Assembly: GCA_964636005.1 (NCBI GenBank)
Contig: CAZWPZ010000044.1
Span: forward strand, 9,694 to 73,693
From: an uncultured Eudoraea sp.
Lineage (GTDB): Bacteria > Bacteroidota > Bacteroidia > Flavobacteriales > Flavobacteriaceae
Reading direction: 5' to 3'
DNA: 64,000 nucleotides
In this document: one piece after another, positions 50,994-61,186 of the stretch
How the letters are laid out: each line of letters opens with the position of its first letter
How positions within the stretch are numbered: position 1 is the first letter of the stretch
Made by a program: the position numbers and the translations under genes
The notes under the pieces: model-generated
What the model was told of the DNA's origin: nothing
Seen by the model: only the letters and a program-made list of their open reading frames with translations
Databases searched by the model: none

Positions 50994-52085
50994 ATGATAA
51001 GACAAAGCGCAGCCTGCCTGATTTTGACAACTATCTTTGCGACTAGCCAAGCGCATGCTCAAGAGATGAGTTTTGAAGAATACAATCCAACCTCCACCTT
51101 GGTAGTGGAAGAGAACCCTGTTGAACGCGCAAAATATCCATTTATCGATATCCATAGCCATCATTTTAATATGGCAAGTCAAAACCTTCAGGAACTTGTT
51201 CAGTCAATGGATGATCTCAATATGGCAGTTTTGGTCAATTTGAGTGGAGGATCCGGAGAAGGATTGAACAATATGCTGCAGCATGTAAATAAACATTACC
51301 CAAATCGCATAGTAATATTTGCTAACGTCAATTTTGAGGGGGTTGGAGAAAAAGATTGGGGACTCAAGGCAGCAAAACAGCTGGAAAAAGACATAGAAAA
51401 CGGTGCCAAAGGCCTAAAAATTTATAAAAGCTTAGGGCTTCGCTATAAAGATATAGATAACAATCGGGTAGCTGTAGATGACCCAAGGCTAGATCCCATT
51501 TGGGCTAAATGTGCAGAATTAAATATTCCTGTTCTTATCCACTCTGCAGACCCTAAATCGTTTTGGGACCCAATAGATAATAAAAACGAGAGATGGTTAG
51601 AGCTAAAAACCAGACCAAGGAGAAAGAGGTCTGCTAATAACCCAGCTCCTTGGGAACAGATAATTGCAGAACAACATACTATGTTTAAGCGCCATCCGAA
51701 TACCAAGTTCATCAATGCACATATGGGTTGGTATGCCAATGACTTAAAGAAATTAGGTACTTTGTTGGACGAAATACCCAATATGTACGTTGGTATTGGT
51801 GCTATTATTGCCGAGTTAGGACGGCAACCTAAAACCGCCAGAGAATTCTTTATAAAATATCAGGATCGCATATTATTTGGCAAGGATAGTTATAAACCAG
51901 AAGAATTTCCAACTTACTTTAGAGTGCTAGAAACTTCGGATGAATATTTTCCATATTATAAAAAGTATCATGCTTTTTGGGCAATGTATGGATTAGATTT
52001 GCCTGATGAAGTTTTGCAAAAGGTTTATTTTAAAAATGCCTTTTCTTTATTGAAGGGTTTAGATAAATCGCTTTTTGACTTCTAA
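50994..52085 (+). CDS. amidohydrolase family protein, exported
   Basis: Signal peptide. Metal motif FIDIHSHHF, then VLIHSADP. Confidence 0.74.
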   Translation: MIRQSAACLILTTIFATSQAHAQEMSFEEYNPTSTLVVEENPVERAKYPFIDIHSHHFNMASQNLQELVQSMDDLNMAVLVNLSGGSGEGLNNMLQHVNKHYPNRIVIFANVNFEGVGEKDWGLKAAKQLEKDIENGAKGLKIYKSLGLRYKDIDNNRVAVDDPRLDPIWAKCAELNIPVLIHSADPKSFWDPIDNKNERWLELKTRPRRKRSANNPAPWEQIIAEQHTMFKRHPNTKFINAHMGWYANDLKKLGTLLDEIPNMYVGIGAIIAELGRQPKTAREFFIKYQDRILFGKDSYKPEEFPTYFRVLETSDEYFPYYKKYHAFWAMYGLDLPDEVLQKVYFKNAFSLLKGLDKSLFDF

Positions 52086-54274
52086 TGCAAATACCGACTA
52101 AACCATGCCTTTTACTCTTGATTTTGAGTCTTAGTTGTACACCTATTTTTGCGCAAAAAAAGAATAGCGCGTTTAAGTATTATATTAAAAAAACAAGTCA
52201 TCCCATTCAAATTGACGGGATTGCAGATGATATAGCCTGGGAAAACGCAGAGGTGGCTAAGGATTTTTATATGGTCTTGCCTATGGATGTAGATAAGGCA
52301 AACGATAAAAGTGAAATCAGAATGACCTATGACGACACTCACATTTATCTAGTTGCAACCTTCTACAATAGTATCCCCGGAGAATATTTTGTCGAATCGC
52401 TACGAAGAGATTTTTCTTTCGGAAAGAACGATAATTTCCTTTTTTTCTTAGATCCTTTCAACAATCAAACCACTGGTTTCACTTTTGGTTCGAACGCAGC
52501 CGGAGCGCAATGGGATGGTACCATGTTTGCAGGGGGAAGTGTTGATTTAAACTGGGACAGTAAATGGATTTCTGCCGTAAATCAAGAAGAGGACAAATGG
52601 GTTTTTGAAATGGCCTTGCCTTTTAAATCAATTCGTTACAAAGATGGGGTTAAAGAATGGGGCATAAATTTTAGTCGTTTACACCTTGCAACCAGTGAGA
52701 AATCTAGTTGGACGCCAATACCGAGACAGTTCCCAACGGCTTCCCTGGCCTATACCGGAACGCTGGTATGGGACGAAGCACCACCTTCACCTCGTTTTAA
52801 TTATTCTCTTATTCCTTATGTTTTGGGAAGGACCGTTTACGACTCAAAAGAGGGTACCACTTACGAGACCAAGATAGGTGGGGATGTGAAAATTGGCTTG
52901 AGTTCCTCTTTAAATCTGGACCTGACAATTAATCCGGATTTTTCTCAGGTAGAAGTAGACAGACAAGTTACCAATCTGGACCGATTTGAACTCTTTTTTC
53001 CCGAGCGCAGACAATTCTTTTTAGAGAATGCGGATCTATTTGCGAGCTTTGGTTATGCTAGTATCCGACCTTTTTTTTCCAGAAGGATAGGCCTTGGTGT
53101 TCCCATTAATGCTGGTCTTCGTCTAAGTGGAAATCTGGATAAAAATTGGCGGATCGGGCTTATGGATATACAAACTGCACAAGAGAAAACTACTGGTCTT
53201 CCTAGTCAGAATTTCGCCGTATTAAGTGTACAACGTCAGGTATTTAAACGCTCTTCTATAGGACTTTTGGTAGTTAATAAACAATCTATCAATTATCCTA
53301 ATAAAACAGACTCGATTACCAATATATACTCAGAATACAACCGCAATATCGGGTTAGAGTATAACCTGGCTTCGGCCGACAATATCTGGAACGGCAAGGC
53401 CTTTGTACTCAAATCTTTTAGTCCGGACAGTCTAGGCAATGGTTTTACCCAGGCTGCAAACATAGAATACAAATCGCGCCAATGGAATTGGGGCCTTAAG
53501 GAAGAATACGTCCCAGCAGACTACAATGCAGAAGTTGGTTTTGTACCACGAAAATCGTATATCAATTTAAACGCCTTTGCGGGCTATCTTTTCTTTCCAG
53601 ATGAGAGTAAAGAGACGGCAGTGGTAAGTCATGGTCCATTAGTAGACTTCAATTATTACTTCAGCGAAAAACTCAGGGAAACAGATCACAGGATATCCTA
53701 TAGGTATCGTATTAACTTTAGAAATAGAAGCGACCTGTCTGTTGCCGGAGTAAATGAATATGTAGAATTATTGGATCCCTTTGATCCTACTGGTTCGGGT
53801 AAAGACTCTTTAATGACGGGCACGAAACATCGGTGGAATGCTGTTGAATTGGAATATAATTCCAAACCGCAAAGCATGATTAGATACAGTCTCTTTGGAA
53901 GGTATGGCGGCTATTATCAAAATGGTAAGCTAGGAAGTATTGGAACACAAGTCGGATATAGATTTCAGCCTTATGTAAGCCTGAATGCAACGGTTAATTA
54001 CAACAATATTTATTTGCCCTTTCCATGGAACACTACCGATTTTTGGTTGTTTGGCCCTCAGGTGGATATAACGTTTACCAATAAACTCTTTTTCTCTACC
54101 CTTTTTCAATACAATGAACAAAATAATACTTTTAACCTAAACTCCAGACTCCAATGGCGTTATGCCCCGGCCTCGGATATCTTTCTTGTATATAACGACG
54201 CGGAACTCTTGTCTCCTTTAGAAGGAAGAATTTGGTCCTTAACTATAAAGGCCACCTATTGGTTTAATAAATAA
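52085..54274 (+). CDS. CBM9-like + DUF5916-type outer-membrane protein
   Basis: Signal peptide. N-terminal motif IDGIADDIAWENAEVAKDFYM. Long beta-rich C-terminal region ending YWFNK. TAATG overlap with the amidohydrolase. Confidence 0.62.
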   Translation: MQIPTKPCLLLLILSLSCTPIFAQKKNSAFKYYIKKTSHPIQIDGIADDIAWENAEVAKDFYMVLPMDVDKANDKSEIRMTYDDTHIYLVATFYNSIPGEYFVESLRRDFSFGKNDNFLFFLDPFNNQTTGFTFGSNAAGAQWDGTMFAGGSVDLNWDSKWISAVNQEEDKWVFEMALPFKSIRYKDGVKEWGINFSRLHLATSEKSSWTPIPRQFPTASLAYTGTLVWDEAPPSPRFNYSLIPYVLGRTVYDSKEGTTYETKIGGDVKIGLSSSLNLDLTINPDFSQVEVDRQVTNLDRFELFFPERRQFFLENADLFASFGYASIRPFFSRRIGLGVPINAGLRLSGNLDKNWRIGLMDIQTAQEKTTGLPSQNFAVLSVQRQVFKRSSIGLLVVNKQSINYPNKTDSITNIYSEYNRNIGLEYNLASADNIWNGKAFVLKSFSPDSLGNGFTQAANIEYKSRQWNWGLKEEYVPADYNAEVGFVPRKSYINLNAFAGYLFFPDESKETAVVSHGPLVDFNYYFSEKLRETDHRISYRYRINFRNRSDLSVAGVNEYVELLDPFDPTGSGKDSLMTGTKHRWNAVELEYNSKPQSMIRYSLFGRYGGYYQNGKLGSIGTQVGYRFQPYVSLNATVNYNNIYLPFPWNTTDFWLFGPQVDITFTNKLFFSTLFQYNEQNNTFNLNSRLQWRYAPASDIFLVYNDAELLSPLEGRIWSLTIKATYWFNK

Positions 54275-54380
54275 TTTCTTCTTTTTTGTGTTGCGTTGTT
54301 CTCAAGAGGATAAAGAGGAATTTATGCTTGCCTCATTTGAATGTTTTTTAGTACTTTAAAGAAGTAAAAAAACAACATCT

Positions 54381-55718
54381 ATGCAGCGCAAAGTCACTAA
54401 ACTTCCAAAAAAAGAAGACAAAATTAAAAACCAATCGAGAAGGAGTTTTATTAAACGTTCGGCTCTAGCTGTAAGTGCCTTTTCAATTGTTCCCCGGCAT
54501 GTTTTAGGAAGAGGGTTTGTAGCTCCAAATGATAAAATTCAGTTAGGATTTATCGGTTTAGGTAAGCAGAGCAGAGGACTTGCCTCCCGATTTGTTGAGA
54601 ATACCAAAGCGCAAATAATTGCTGGCTCTGATGTATGGAGCACTAAAATGGATTGGTTTAGCAGTCATGTAGAACAATTGTATTCCAAACACAGAGGGGT
54701 AACCAATTACAAAGGTATTCAGAGTTATTTGGATTACAAGGAATTACTCGAACTTAGAGAAGTTGATGCCGTAATAGTGGCAAGTCCCGATCATTGGCAC
54801 GCCCTGCATTCTATAGACGCTATGGAGGTAGGCAAGGATGTCTTTTGTGAAAAACCTCTTTCCCATACCCTTCAAGAAGGAATTGATATGGTAAAAGTGG
54901 CTAAAAGCACAGGAAGTATAGTGCAAACGGGAAGTATGCAAAGATCCTGGGATACTTTCCGAAGAGCTTCAGAACTAGTACGAAATGGTTATATAGGAGA
55001 TATAAAACAAGTTTTAGTCAATGTAGGAGATCCTGCCAAGCCGTATGACCTGAAAGAAGAAACTATGCCAGCGGAAGTCGACTGGAATCTTTGGTGTGGC
55101 CCGGCACCACTACTGGCCTATAATCATCGACTAGCCCCTTCAAATAACGATGTGAAGTTTTGGCCGGATTGGCGATTATATGAGGAAGTTGGTGGTGGTA
55201 TTTTATGTGATTGGGGTGCCCATATGTTCGATATCGTCCAATGGGCTTTGGGGATGGATTCAACTGGTCCTGTACGTTACCTGCCACCAAAAGACAAAGA
55301 AGCTGTTAGAGGGCTGCGAATGTTCTATGAGAATGGTATTGAGGTGATCCATCAGGATTTTGACAGAGGCTGGGGAGTGCGGTTTATTGGCTCCGAAGGT
55401 AGTCTGGACATTAGTAGAAATTATTTTGAAACTACTCCAGCTAATTTGGCTACTGCACAACTTAAACAAACAGATACCCCGTTGTATAAGGTCAAACAAG
55501 ATCATTATCAGGATTGGTTAGACGCCATTACTACTCGGACGCAACCCATATGTAACGTTGAAGTAGGGCATAGGTCTGCCAGTGTATGTAATATTGCTAA
55601 CATAGCCTATCGTCTGGGAGAAGAATTGGAATGGGATCCTAAGGCGGAAAAATTTATTGGAAATAAAGAAGCAAATAAACTTCGACAATCTAAAAGTCGA
55701 AAGTACCAAAAGCAGTAA
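54381..55718 (+). CDS. Gfo/Idh/MocA family oxidoreductase with Tat signal
   Basis: Motifs SRRSFIKRSALA, LGFIGLGKQS and VFCEKPLS. Confidence 0.85.
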   Translation: MQRKVTKLPKKEDKIKNQSRRSFIKRSALAVSAFSIVPRHVLGRGFVAPNDKIQLGFIGLGKQSRGLASRFVENTKAQIIAGSDVWSTKMDWFSSHVEQLYSKHRGVTNYKGIQSYLDYKELLELREVDAVIVASPDHWHALHSIDAMEVGKDVFCEKPLSHTLQEGIDMVKVAKSTGSIVQTGSMQRSWDTFRRASELVRNGYIGDIKQVLVNVGDPAKPYDLKEETMPAEVDWNLWCGPAPLLAYNHRLAPSNNDVKFWPDWRLYEEVGGGILCDWGAHMFDIVQWALGMDSTGPVRYLPPKDKEAVRGLRMFYENGIEVIHQDFDRGWGVRFIGSEGSLDISRNYFETTPANLATAQLKQTDTPLYKVKQDHYQDWLDAITTRTQPICNVEVGHRSASVCNIANIAYRLGEELEWDPKAEKFIGNKEANKLRQSKSRKYQKQ

Positions 55719-55826
55719 AGAATAGGAAACAATTGGATTAATCAGGTCTTCTTTACCTATATCGATAACTTCTAGTCGTTTACAGTTATTTAGTGCATAT
55801 TCTTCATAATTGCATTATCTTTAATA

Positions 55827-57386
55827 ATGTTTATTTCTTACTTAAACAAAGTTGGCATAAAACACCTTTGGACCTTAAGGACCTTATTTTTAATTATGGT
55901 CCTGATTGTTTCTAACGAAAGTATTGGGCAAACTCTTCCAGACTGCACGGTACTTTCTTCTCCAACAAATGGGGAAAATAACGTTTCAGTAAATACGAAT
56001 ATTCAATGGGAGTCCATACCAAATATCACGCAGTATTTTGTTTTTATTGGTACCGAATCAGGAAATTACAATATAGCCAATGGAGTCTCGAATAGTAGTT
56101 CTACCATTTACACTCCTTCGGCTTCTTTGGAACCTAACACTACCTACTTCGTACTAATCGTACCCAGTAACAATGTTGGAGATGCCCGAAATTGTGTAGA
56201 AGAACAATTTACCACTGGGGAAGCAAGTACTATTCCTGCTTGCGCTACTCTCCTGAATCCCGCTTTCAGAGCAAATGGTGTACCTCCCAGTACCAGCATT
56301 AGTTGGGTGGGGCAGCCACAGGCCGCAGGGTACAGAATATCTTTGGGTACCCGTTCCGGGGAAAGTGATCTTTTGGATAATTTTGATGTAGGAAATGCTA
56401 CCACCTATGATCCGCCCATGGACCTGCCAGGAGCACAAAGAATTTACGTGACTATTACCCCATACAATAACTTAGATGAATCTCCCCAATGTTCGGAGCT
56501 AAATTTTAGGACCAGAGGAAACTCTCCTCCAGCTTGTACCGAAATAATTGATCCGATGAACGACGCTGATTTTGTTCCAGTTACGGCTAATATTACGTGG
56601 ATTAGAAACTTTAACGCATCGGGATATTTAATGACGATAGAAAAAGGTGCAATAGGAGGTACAAGAATTTTAGATAATTTTGATGTCGGAGGGGGAACCA
56701 ATTTTAAGCCACCAGACTTTGAACCGAATACCACCTATTATGTAACGCTTACTCCTTACAATGATTTGGGAGCTGCAGCAGACTGCGAACCCATTGTTTT
56801 TACTACAGGGGATGGTCCTGATCCCCCTAGCTGTACTGTATTGACAAGTCCGAGACCTGGTGATGTTAATGTTCCACTGGACACAAGTTTAGGATGGTCA
56901 GCTGTAGAAGATGCACTGGGTTATATTATAAATGTTGGTACAACCCCAGATGGCTCTGAATTGGTAGATAGTCTGGATGTAGGATCGAATACATTTTATA
57001 ATTTTCCATCCGAATTACCAGAAGCCAGTACCATATATGTTACCATTTACCCGTATAGTCCCAGCGTAATCGAAGAGAATTGTCCCAGACAGACGTTTAG
57101 CACATTTGGATCGGTTTTGTCAGCAGAAGACCTCCCGGTACCCGCATTCTTTACACCAAACAACGACGGGTTTAATGACTTTTGGATTGTAGAATCTACA
57201 GAAAACATAGAAATCACAGCTATATTCGTTTTTAATAAATACGGCCAGTTGTTAAAGCAACTATTTCCCAATCAGGGATGGGATGGGACCTATAATGGCA
57301 AACCAATGGTTGCTGATTCGTACTGGTATAAAATAGCTACCAACAATGCCGGAACCAAAGCAGGATATTTTGCCTTGAAGCGATAG
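55827..57386 (+). CDS. T9SS type-B sorting-domain (gliding-motility-associated C-terminal domain) secreted protein
   Basis: C-terminal motif [13 protein letters not shown]...GWDGTYNGK...YWY. Four internal repeats. Confidence 0.82.
   Translation: MFISYLNKVGIKHLWTLRTLFLIMVLIVSNESIGQTLPDCTVLSSPTNGENNVSVNTNIQWESIPNITQYFVFIGTESGNYNIANGVSNSSSTIYTPSASLEPNTTYFVLIVPSNNVGDARNCVEEQFTTGEASTIPACATLLNPAFRANGVPPSTSISWVGQPQAAGYRISLGTRSGESDLLDNFDVGNATTYDPPMDLPGAQRIYVTITPYNNLDESPQCSELNFRTRGNSPPACTEIIDPMNDADFVPVTANITWIRNFNASGYLMTIEKGAIGGTRILDNFDVGGGTNFKPPDFEPNTTYYVTLTPYNDLGAAADCEPIVFTTGDGPDPPSCTVLTSPRPGDVNVPLDTSLGWSAVEDALGYIINVGTTPDGSELVDSLDVGSNTFYNFPSELPEASTIYVTIYPYSPSVIEENCPRQTFSTFGSVLSAEDLPVPAFFTPNNDGFNDFWIVESTENIEITAIFVFNKYGQLLKQLFPNQGWDGTYNGKPMVADSYWYKIATNNAGTKAGYFALKR
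55944..57104 (+). repeat. four tandem repeats of about 91-99 aa inside the T9SS substrate
   Basis: Each unit starts with Cys (CTVLSSP / CATLLNP / CTEIIDP / CTVLTSP). Each has a W near position 22, GY near position 30, a TxxP(Y/S) strand, and a second Cys about 84 residues in. Confidence 0.75.
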
Positions 57387-57478
57387 CCCGGCATTTACAA
57401 CTACCCTTAACCGGATTTAATGATGGTCAAAAAATAGTGCAATTATCGCTACTTTTACCAGATCACAATTACATTTAT

Positions 57479-59374
57479 ATGAAAGATAAGTACCCTACCT
57501 TCAGAAAAACAATATGCACAGCACTTATAATGCTCTTTTCTATTAGCAGCATTTTATCTCAAAACAATGTTTTTGATCAGCTCAAAGAAATAGCAATAAT
57601 TGATCAGAAAGTAATGATGCCCATGCGAGACGGGGTACGGCTGGCAACGGATATATACCGACCTAAAGGGGATGCCAAAGTACCTATTATATTTTCAAGA
57701 ACGCCTTACAACTTTAATAGTTGGGGAGATGGAGAACAAAGGCTACGGACAGCAACAAAAGCCCTGGAGGTTGTACAAAAAGGGTATGCCTATGTTGTAC
57801 AAAACGAACGTGGCAGATACTATTCTGAAGGTGAGTGGGATATTTTGGGGGTACCCTTAACAGATGGATATGATGCCTTCACCTGGATGAAAGAACAACC
57901 GTGGTCTAACGGTAAAATTGGAACCTTAGGTTGTTCTTCAACGGCGGAATGGCAAATGGCAGTTGCCGCATTGGATCATCCTTCATTCGCTGCAATGGTT
58001 CCACAAGGTTTTGGTGCAGGTGTAGGAAGAGTTGGGGATTTTTATGAACAGGGCAATTGGTATAGAGGCGGAGTGGAACAGATGCTTTTTATCGCATGGC
58101 TCTATGGTGTGGAACATGATAAGTTTAAACCAAGGATTCCAGAAGGCGCTACACAAGAAGATTTAATACGAATATCAAGATTTTATGATCTGGCCCCCGA
58201 AAATCCACCTGTAGATATGGCAGAGGCCCTTAGCCATCTCCCAATTGAGGATATCCTTGTAAATATTAATGGCAAAAGAGAAATTTTTGATAAAATGATC
58301 AGACGTACTCCCAATCATCCTGATTGGTACGAAGGAGGGCTCTATCACGACAACATGGAACTAAAGGTGCCCGGGTTTTGGTTTACTTCCTGGTACGACG
58401 TTTCCATTAGTCCCAATTTAGCATTATTCAATCATTTAAGAAATAGTACGGATTCACAAATTCGAGACAACCAATACTTAGTAATTGCACCCACCTTACA
58501 CTGTGCTTATACTCGAGCCACAGAAAATACTATTGTCGGTGAACGAAACATTGGAGATGCCAGACTAAACTACAATGAACAGATCTATGCCTGGTTCGAC
58601 CTTTGGTTAAAAGGGGAACAAAACGATTTTAAAGAAAACACTCCTAGAATTCAGTATTATACCATGGGTAGTAATGAATGGCAGGCAGCCGATAGCTGGC
58701 CACCAAAAGCTGCAGAGATGACTACCTTTTATTTATCAAGTGCCGGGCAAGCAAATAGCTTATACGGCAATGGGGTTTTAGTTGGTAACAAGAATAAGAT
58801 TGAGGACAATTCCGATTCTTTTGTTTATGATCCGATGAACCCAGTGCAATCTTACGGCGGTAATGTTTGTTGTACAGGAAATGCTGTTAAGGGTGGGGCC
58901 TTTGATCAGCGTACAATGGAAACAAGACAGGACATTTTGGTATATACCTCGGAACCCCTCGAAGAAGGTGTTGAGGTGAGTGGTTTTATTGAAAGTACGC
59001 TTTATGTTTCTTCAGACGCAAAAGACACAGATTTTACAATTAAACTTATTGATGTTTATCCTGATGGTACAGCTTATAATTTGGATGAAACGATTCAAAG
59101 AGCACGATATCGCGATGGTTATGACCAAGAAGTGTTTATGGAGAAGGGAAAGGTTTATAAAATAGAACTAAGTCCCATGGCAACAAGTAACTACTTTAAA
59201 AAAGGACATCAAATAAGAATTGAGGTATCGAGTAGTAATTTTCCGCGTTTTGCCCGGAATCTGAATACTGGAGGCGCGAATTACAATGAAAAAGAAGGCG
59301 TTGTAGCAACAAATACAATTCACCATTCCGAAGACTACCCCTCACAAATAACGCTACCGATGATTAAAAAATAA
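57479..59374 (+). CDS. CocE/NonD family hydrolase (S15 X-Pro dipeptidyl-peptidase-like), exported
   Basis: Motifs [27 protein letters not shown] and [13 protein letters not shown] prefer the ATG at 57479 with its signal peptide over the GTG at 57437. Confidence 0.84.
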   Translation: MKDKYPTFRKTICTALIMLFSISSILSQNNVFDQLKEIAIIDQKVMMPMRDGVRLATDIYRPKGDAKVPIIFSRTPYNFNSWGDGEQRLRTATKALEVVQKGYAYVVQNERGRYYSEGEWDILGVPLTDGYDAFTWMKEQPWSNGKIGTLGCSSTAEWQMAVAALDHPSFAAMVPQGFGAGVGRVGDFYEQGNWYRGGVEQMLFIAWLYGVEHDKFKPRIPEGATQEDLIRISRFYDLAPENPPVDMAEALSHLPIEDILVNINGKREIFDKMIRRTPNHPDWYEGGLYHDNMELKVPGFWFTSWYDVSISPNLALFNHLRNSTDSQIRDNQYLVIAPTLHCAYTRATENTIVGERNIGDARLNYNEQIYAWFDLWLKGEQNDFKENTPRIQYYTMGSNEWQAADSWPPKAAEMTTFYLSSAGQANSLYGNGVLVGNKNKIEDNSDSFVYDPMNPVQSYGGNVCCTGNAVKGGAFDQRTMETRQDILVYTSEPLEEGVEVSGFIESTLYVSSDAKDTDFTIKLIDVYPDGTAYNLDETIQRARYRDGYDQEVFMEKGKVYKIELSPMATSNYFKKGHQIRIEVSSSNFPRFARNLNTGGANYNEKEGVVATNTIHHSEDYPSQITLPMIKK

Positions 59375-59424
59375 TTGAGTTTTAAGAGAAAATTAAGGTA
59401 TTGTAAGAATTTATTGACTAATTT

Positions 59425-60084
59425 ATGGGTATGCGAAAGATTGGTCTATATTCTTTGGTTTTCTTACTAAATATGAGCGTTATAACTGCTCAATACAAGG
59501 AAAAAGATTGGGACAACAGAGATAGTTGGATGAACGTCCAACATATTTTTGACCTTGCAGGTATAGAATCAGGGGACTCGGTTGCAGATTTAGGTTGTCA
59601 TGAGGGATATATTAGTTTTCATCTTTCGAAACGCGTTGGTGATCAAGGCAACGTTCTGGCCATTGATGTGAGAGAGGATAGACTTGAAACATTAAATACC
59701 ATAGCCAAGAGAAAGGGAACGACAAATATTGAAACTATATTGGGCGAGTATGACAATCCTCACTTGGCTAAAAAATCGGTCGATGTTGTATTACTAATAG
59801 ATGTGTTTCACGAGATTAGAAACTATAAAAAAGTACTGTCGCACCTGAAAGAAGCTTTAAAACCAAATGGCAGAATCCTAATTTTAGAAAAACTAAAAAG
59901 TGAAATAATTGGCAAGTCCAGGGCAGAACAAACTGCTGCACACAGTCTGTCGGAAGGCTATGTACGGGAAGACCTAACAGAAGCAGGCTTCGTCGAATTA
60001 AAAAGTTATACTAATTTAGGGTATTGGGAAAATAATAAAGAAAAAGAAATTTGGATTATGGTTGGTAATCTTCCATCTTCCTAG
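59425..60084 (+). CDS. class I SAM-dependent methyltransferase with N-terminal signal-like sequence
   Basis: Motif I VADLGCHEGYIS. Post-I acidic motif VLAIDV. Also LKPNGRILILE. Confidence 0.78.
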   Translation: MGMRKIGLYSLVFLLNMSVITAQYKEKDWDNRDSWMNVQHIFDLAGIESGDSVADLGCHEGYISFHLSKRVGDQGNVLAIDVREDRLETLNTIAKRKGTTNIETILGEYDNPHLAKKSVDVVLLIDVFHEIRNYKKVLSHLKEALKPNGRILILEKLKSEIIGKSRAEQTAAHSLSEGYVREDLTEAGFVELKSYTNLGYWENNKEKEIWIMVGNLPSS

Positions 60085-60111
60085 AATGAAATAACATAAA
60101 AAAGAGAAATT

Positions 60112-60657
60112 ATGATCAGGTATTTACTATTGGCTTTACTTGCTTTTTCTATGAACTACGGAACAGCCCAAACAAAAGAAGAAAAACAAAAAGCAAAAGA
60201 AGAAAAGAGACAGGCGAAGAAAGCTATTGGTGATGAGCAATACGCCAACATGAAAAAATTGATTGAGTCCAAAAATTTTGTTTTTGAGGCAAACAGGGTA
60301 TTGCCTGCTGGGGGAGGTAGTATAACAATGGCTACAAATCCAAATAAAATATTAGTAAATCAGGACGAAGTAGATATAGACATGCCTTATTTTGGTGTAG
60401 TCAGATCTGGTGGTGGTTATAGTGACACACCAGGGATTACTTTTCAGGGAGTTCCAGACTCTTATGAGGTATCTTATGTCGAAAACAAAAGGCAGATCGT
60501 CGTTCGTATTAAATTTAAAGGAGGAAGCGAGAGTCACAATGCTAAATTAACCATCGGGAAAGAAGGGCAAACCACCGTGCTCATTATAAGTAGCGGCCGA
60601 AATAATATTTCCTACAATGGTTTAACGACCACAATAGAGCAAAAAGGATTTCATTAA
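60112..60657 (+). CDS. DUF4251-like exported protein
   Basis: Signal peptide, a K/E-rich linker, then a beta-rich body with IDMPYFG. The family assignment is from memory. Confidence 0.6.
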   Translation: MIRYLLLALLAFSMNYGTAQTKEEKQKAKEEKRQAKKAIGDEQYANMKKLIESKNFVFEANRVLPAGGGSITMATNPNKILVNQDEVDIDMPYFGVVRSGGGYSDTPGITFQGVPDSYEVSYVENKRQIVVRIKFKGGSESHNAKLTIGKEGQTTVLIISSGRNNISYNGLTTTIEQKGFH

Positions 60658-60693
60658 AAATTAAGGCATAGTTTTAGGACCATTTTTTAAAAC

Positions 60694-60731
60694 AAAAAAA
60701 GGAAGTAAACTGTTGTAGTACTTCCTTTTTT
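60694..60731. terminator. bidirectional rho-independent terminator
   Basis: Stem GGAAGTA / TACTTCC (60701-60725), flanked by A7 (60694-60700) and T6 (60726-60731). It closes the plus-strand gene and the minus-strand small-ORF cluster. Confidence 0.72.
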
Positions 60732-60769
60732 ATGCAGTGTTGGCCCCTGAGTTCCTTGTGGGGTCTGGT

Positions 60770-60883
60770 CTAGGAAACATAGTTCCTGCTTTCCGTCCAA
60801 CGTACTCTTTTACTATCCTTTAAGGATGAGAAATAAGAAAATCTTCTTGATTCTGTTGGTGAATGGTGCATTGTTGTTTTCAT
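60770..60883 (-). CDS. basic 37-aa peptide, tandem paralogue A
   Basis: Hand-translated: MKTTMHHSPTESRRFSYFSSLKDSKRVRWTESRNYVS. Conserved with B and C through synonymous changes, including switches between serine codon families. Confidence 0.55.
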   Translation of the reverse strand: MKTTMHHSPTESRRFSYFSSLKDSKRVRWTESRNYVS

Positions 60884-60917
60884 GATGTTGATTTTAAATT
60901 GATGAATAGTTTACTGT

Positions 60918-61031
60918 TTAAATGGTGTAATGTCTAGATTCTGACCAGCGTACTCTTTTACTGTTTTTTAAATTAGAAAAATAAGCGTGTCTTTTGGACT
61001 CTGTTGGTGTTTGTTGTACTAAATAGTTCAT
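60918..61031 (-). CDS. basic 37-aa peptide, tandem paralogue B
   Basis: Hand-translated: MNYLVQQTPTESKRHAYFSNLKNSKRVRWSESRHYTI. Confidence 0.55.
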   Translation of the reverse strand: MNYLVQQTPTESKRHAYFSNLKNSKRVRWSESRHYTI

Positions 61032-61072
61032 GACTTGTTTGTTTTATTGATGTGAATGAATACTTTTTTATC

Positions 61073-61186
61073 CTAATGAATGTAGTTTCTAGATTCTGAC
61101 CAGCGTACTCTTTTTGAATTTCTGAAATTAGAAAAGACTGAGTTTCTTCTAGATTCTGTTGGCGATGTTTGTTTTTGATGGCTCAT
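61073..61186 (-). CDS. basic 37-aa peptide, tandem paralogue C
   Basis: Hand-translated: MSHQKQTSPTESRRNSVFSNFRNSKRVRWSESRNYIH. An A-rich leader precedes the ATG. Confidence 0.55.
   Translation of the reverse strand: MSHQKQTSPTESRRNSVFSNFRNSKRVRWSESRNYIH

Noticed and set aside
60742-60765. A GC-rich hairpin GGCCCC...GGGGTC downstream of small ORF A.
   Set aside because: On the minus-strand transcript the G-U pair becomes a C-A mismatch, leaving about 4 bp. The adjacent 7-bp hairpin with flanking A and T runs is the more credible terminator.
60770-61186. Interpretation of the three 37-aa peptides as RiPP or bacteriocin precursors, or as type I toxins.
   Set aside because: They have no Cys or Gly, no double-glycine leader and no hydrophobic helix. 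No radical SAM, YcaO, lanthipeptide, peptidase or ABC-exporter gene lies nearby. This leaves the function open and does not disprove modification.
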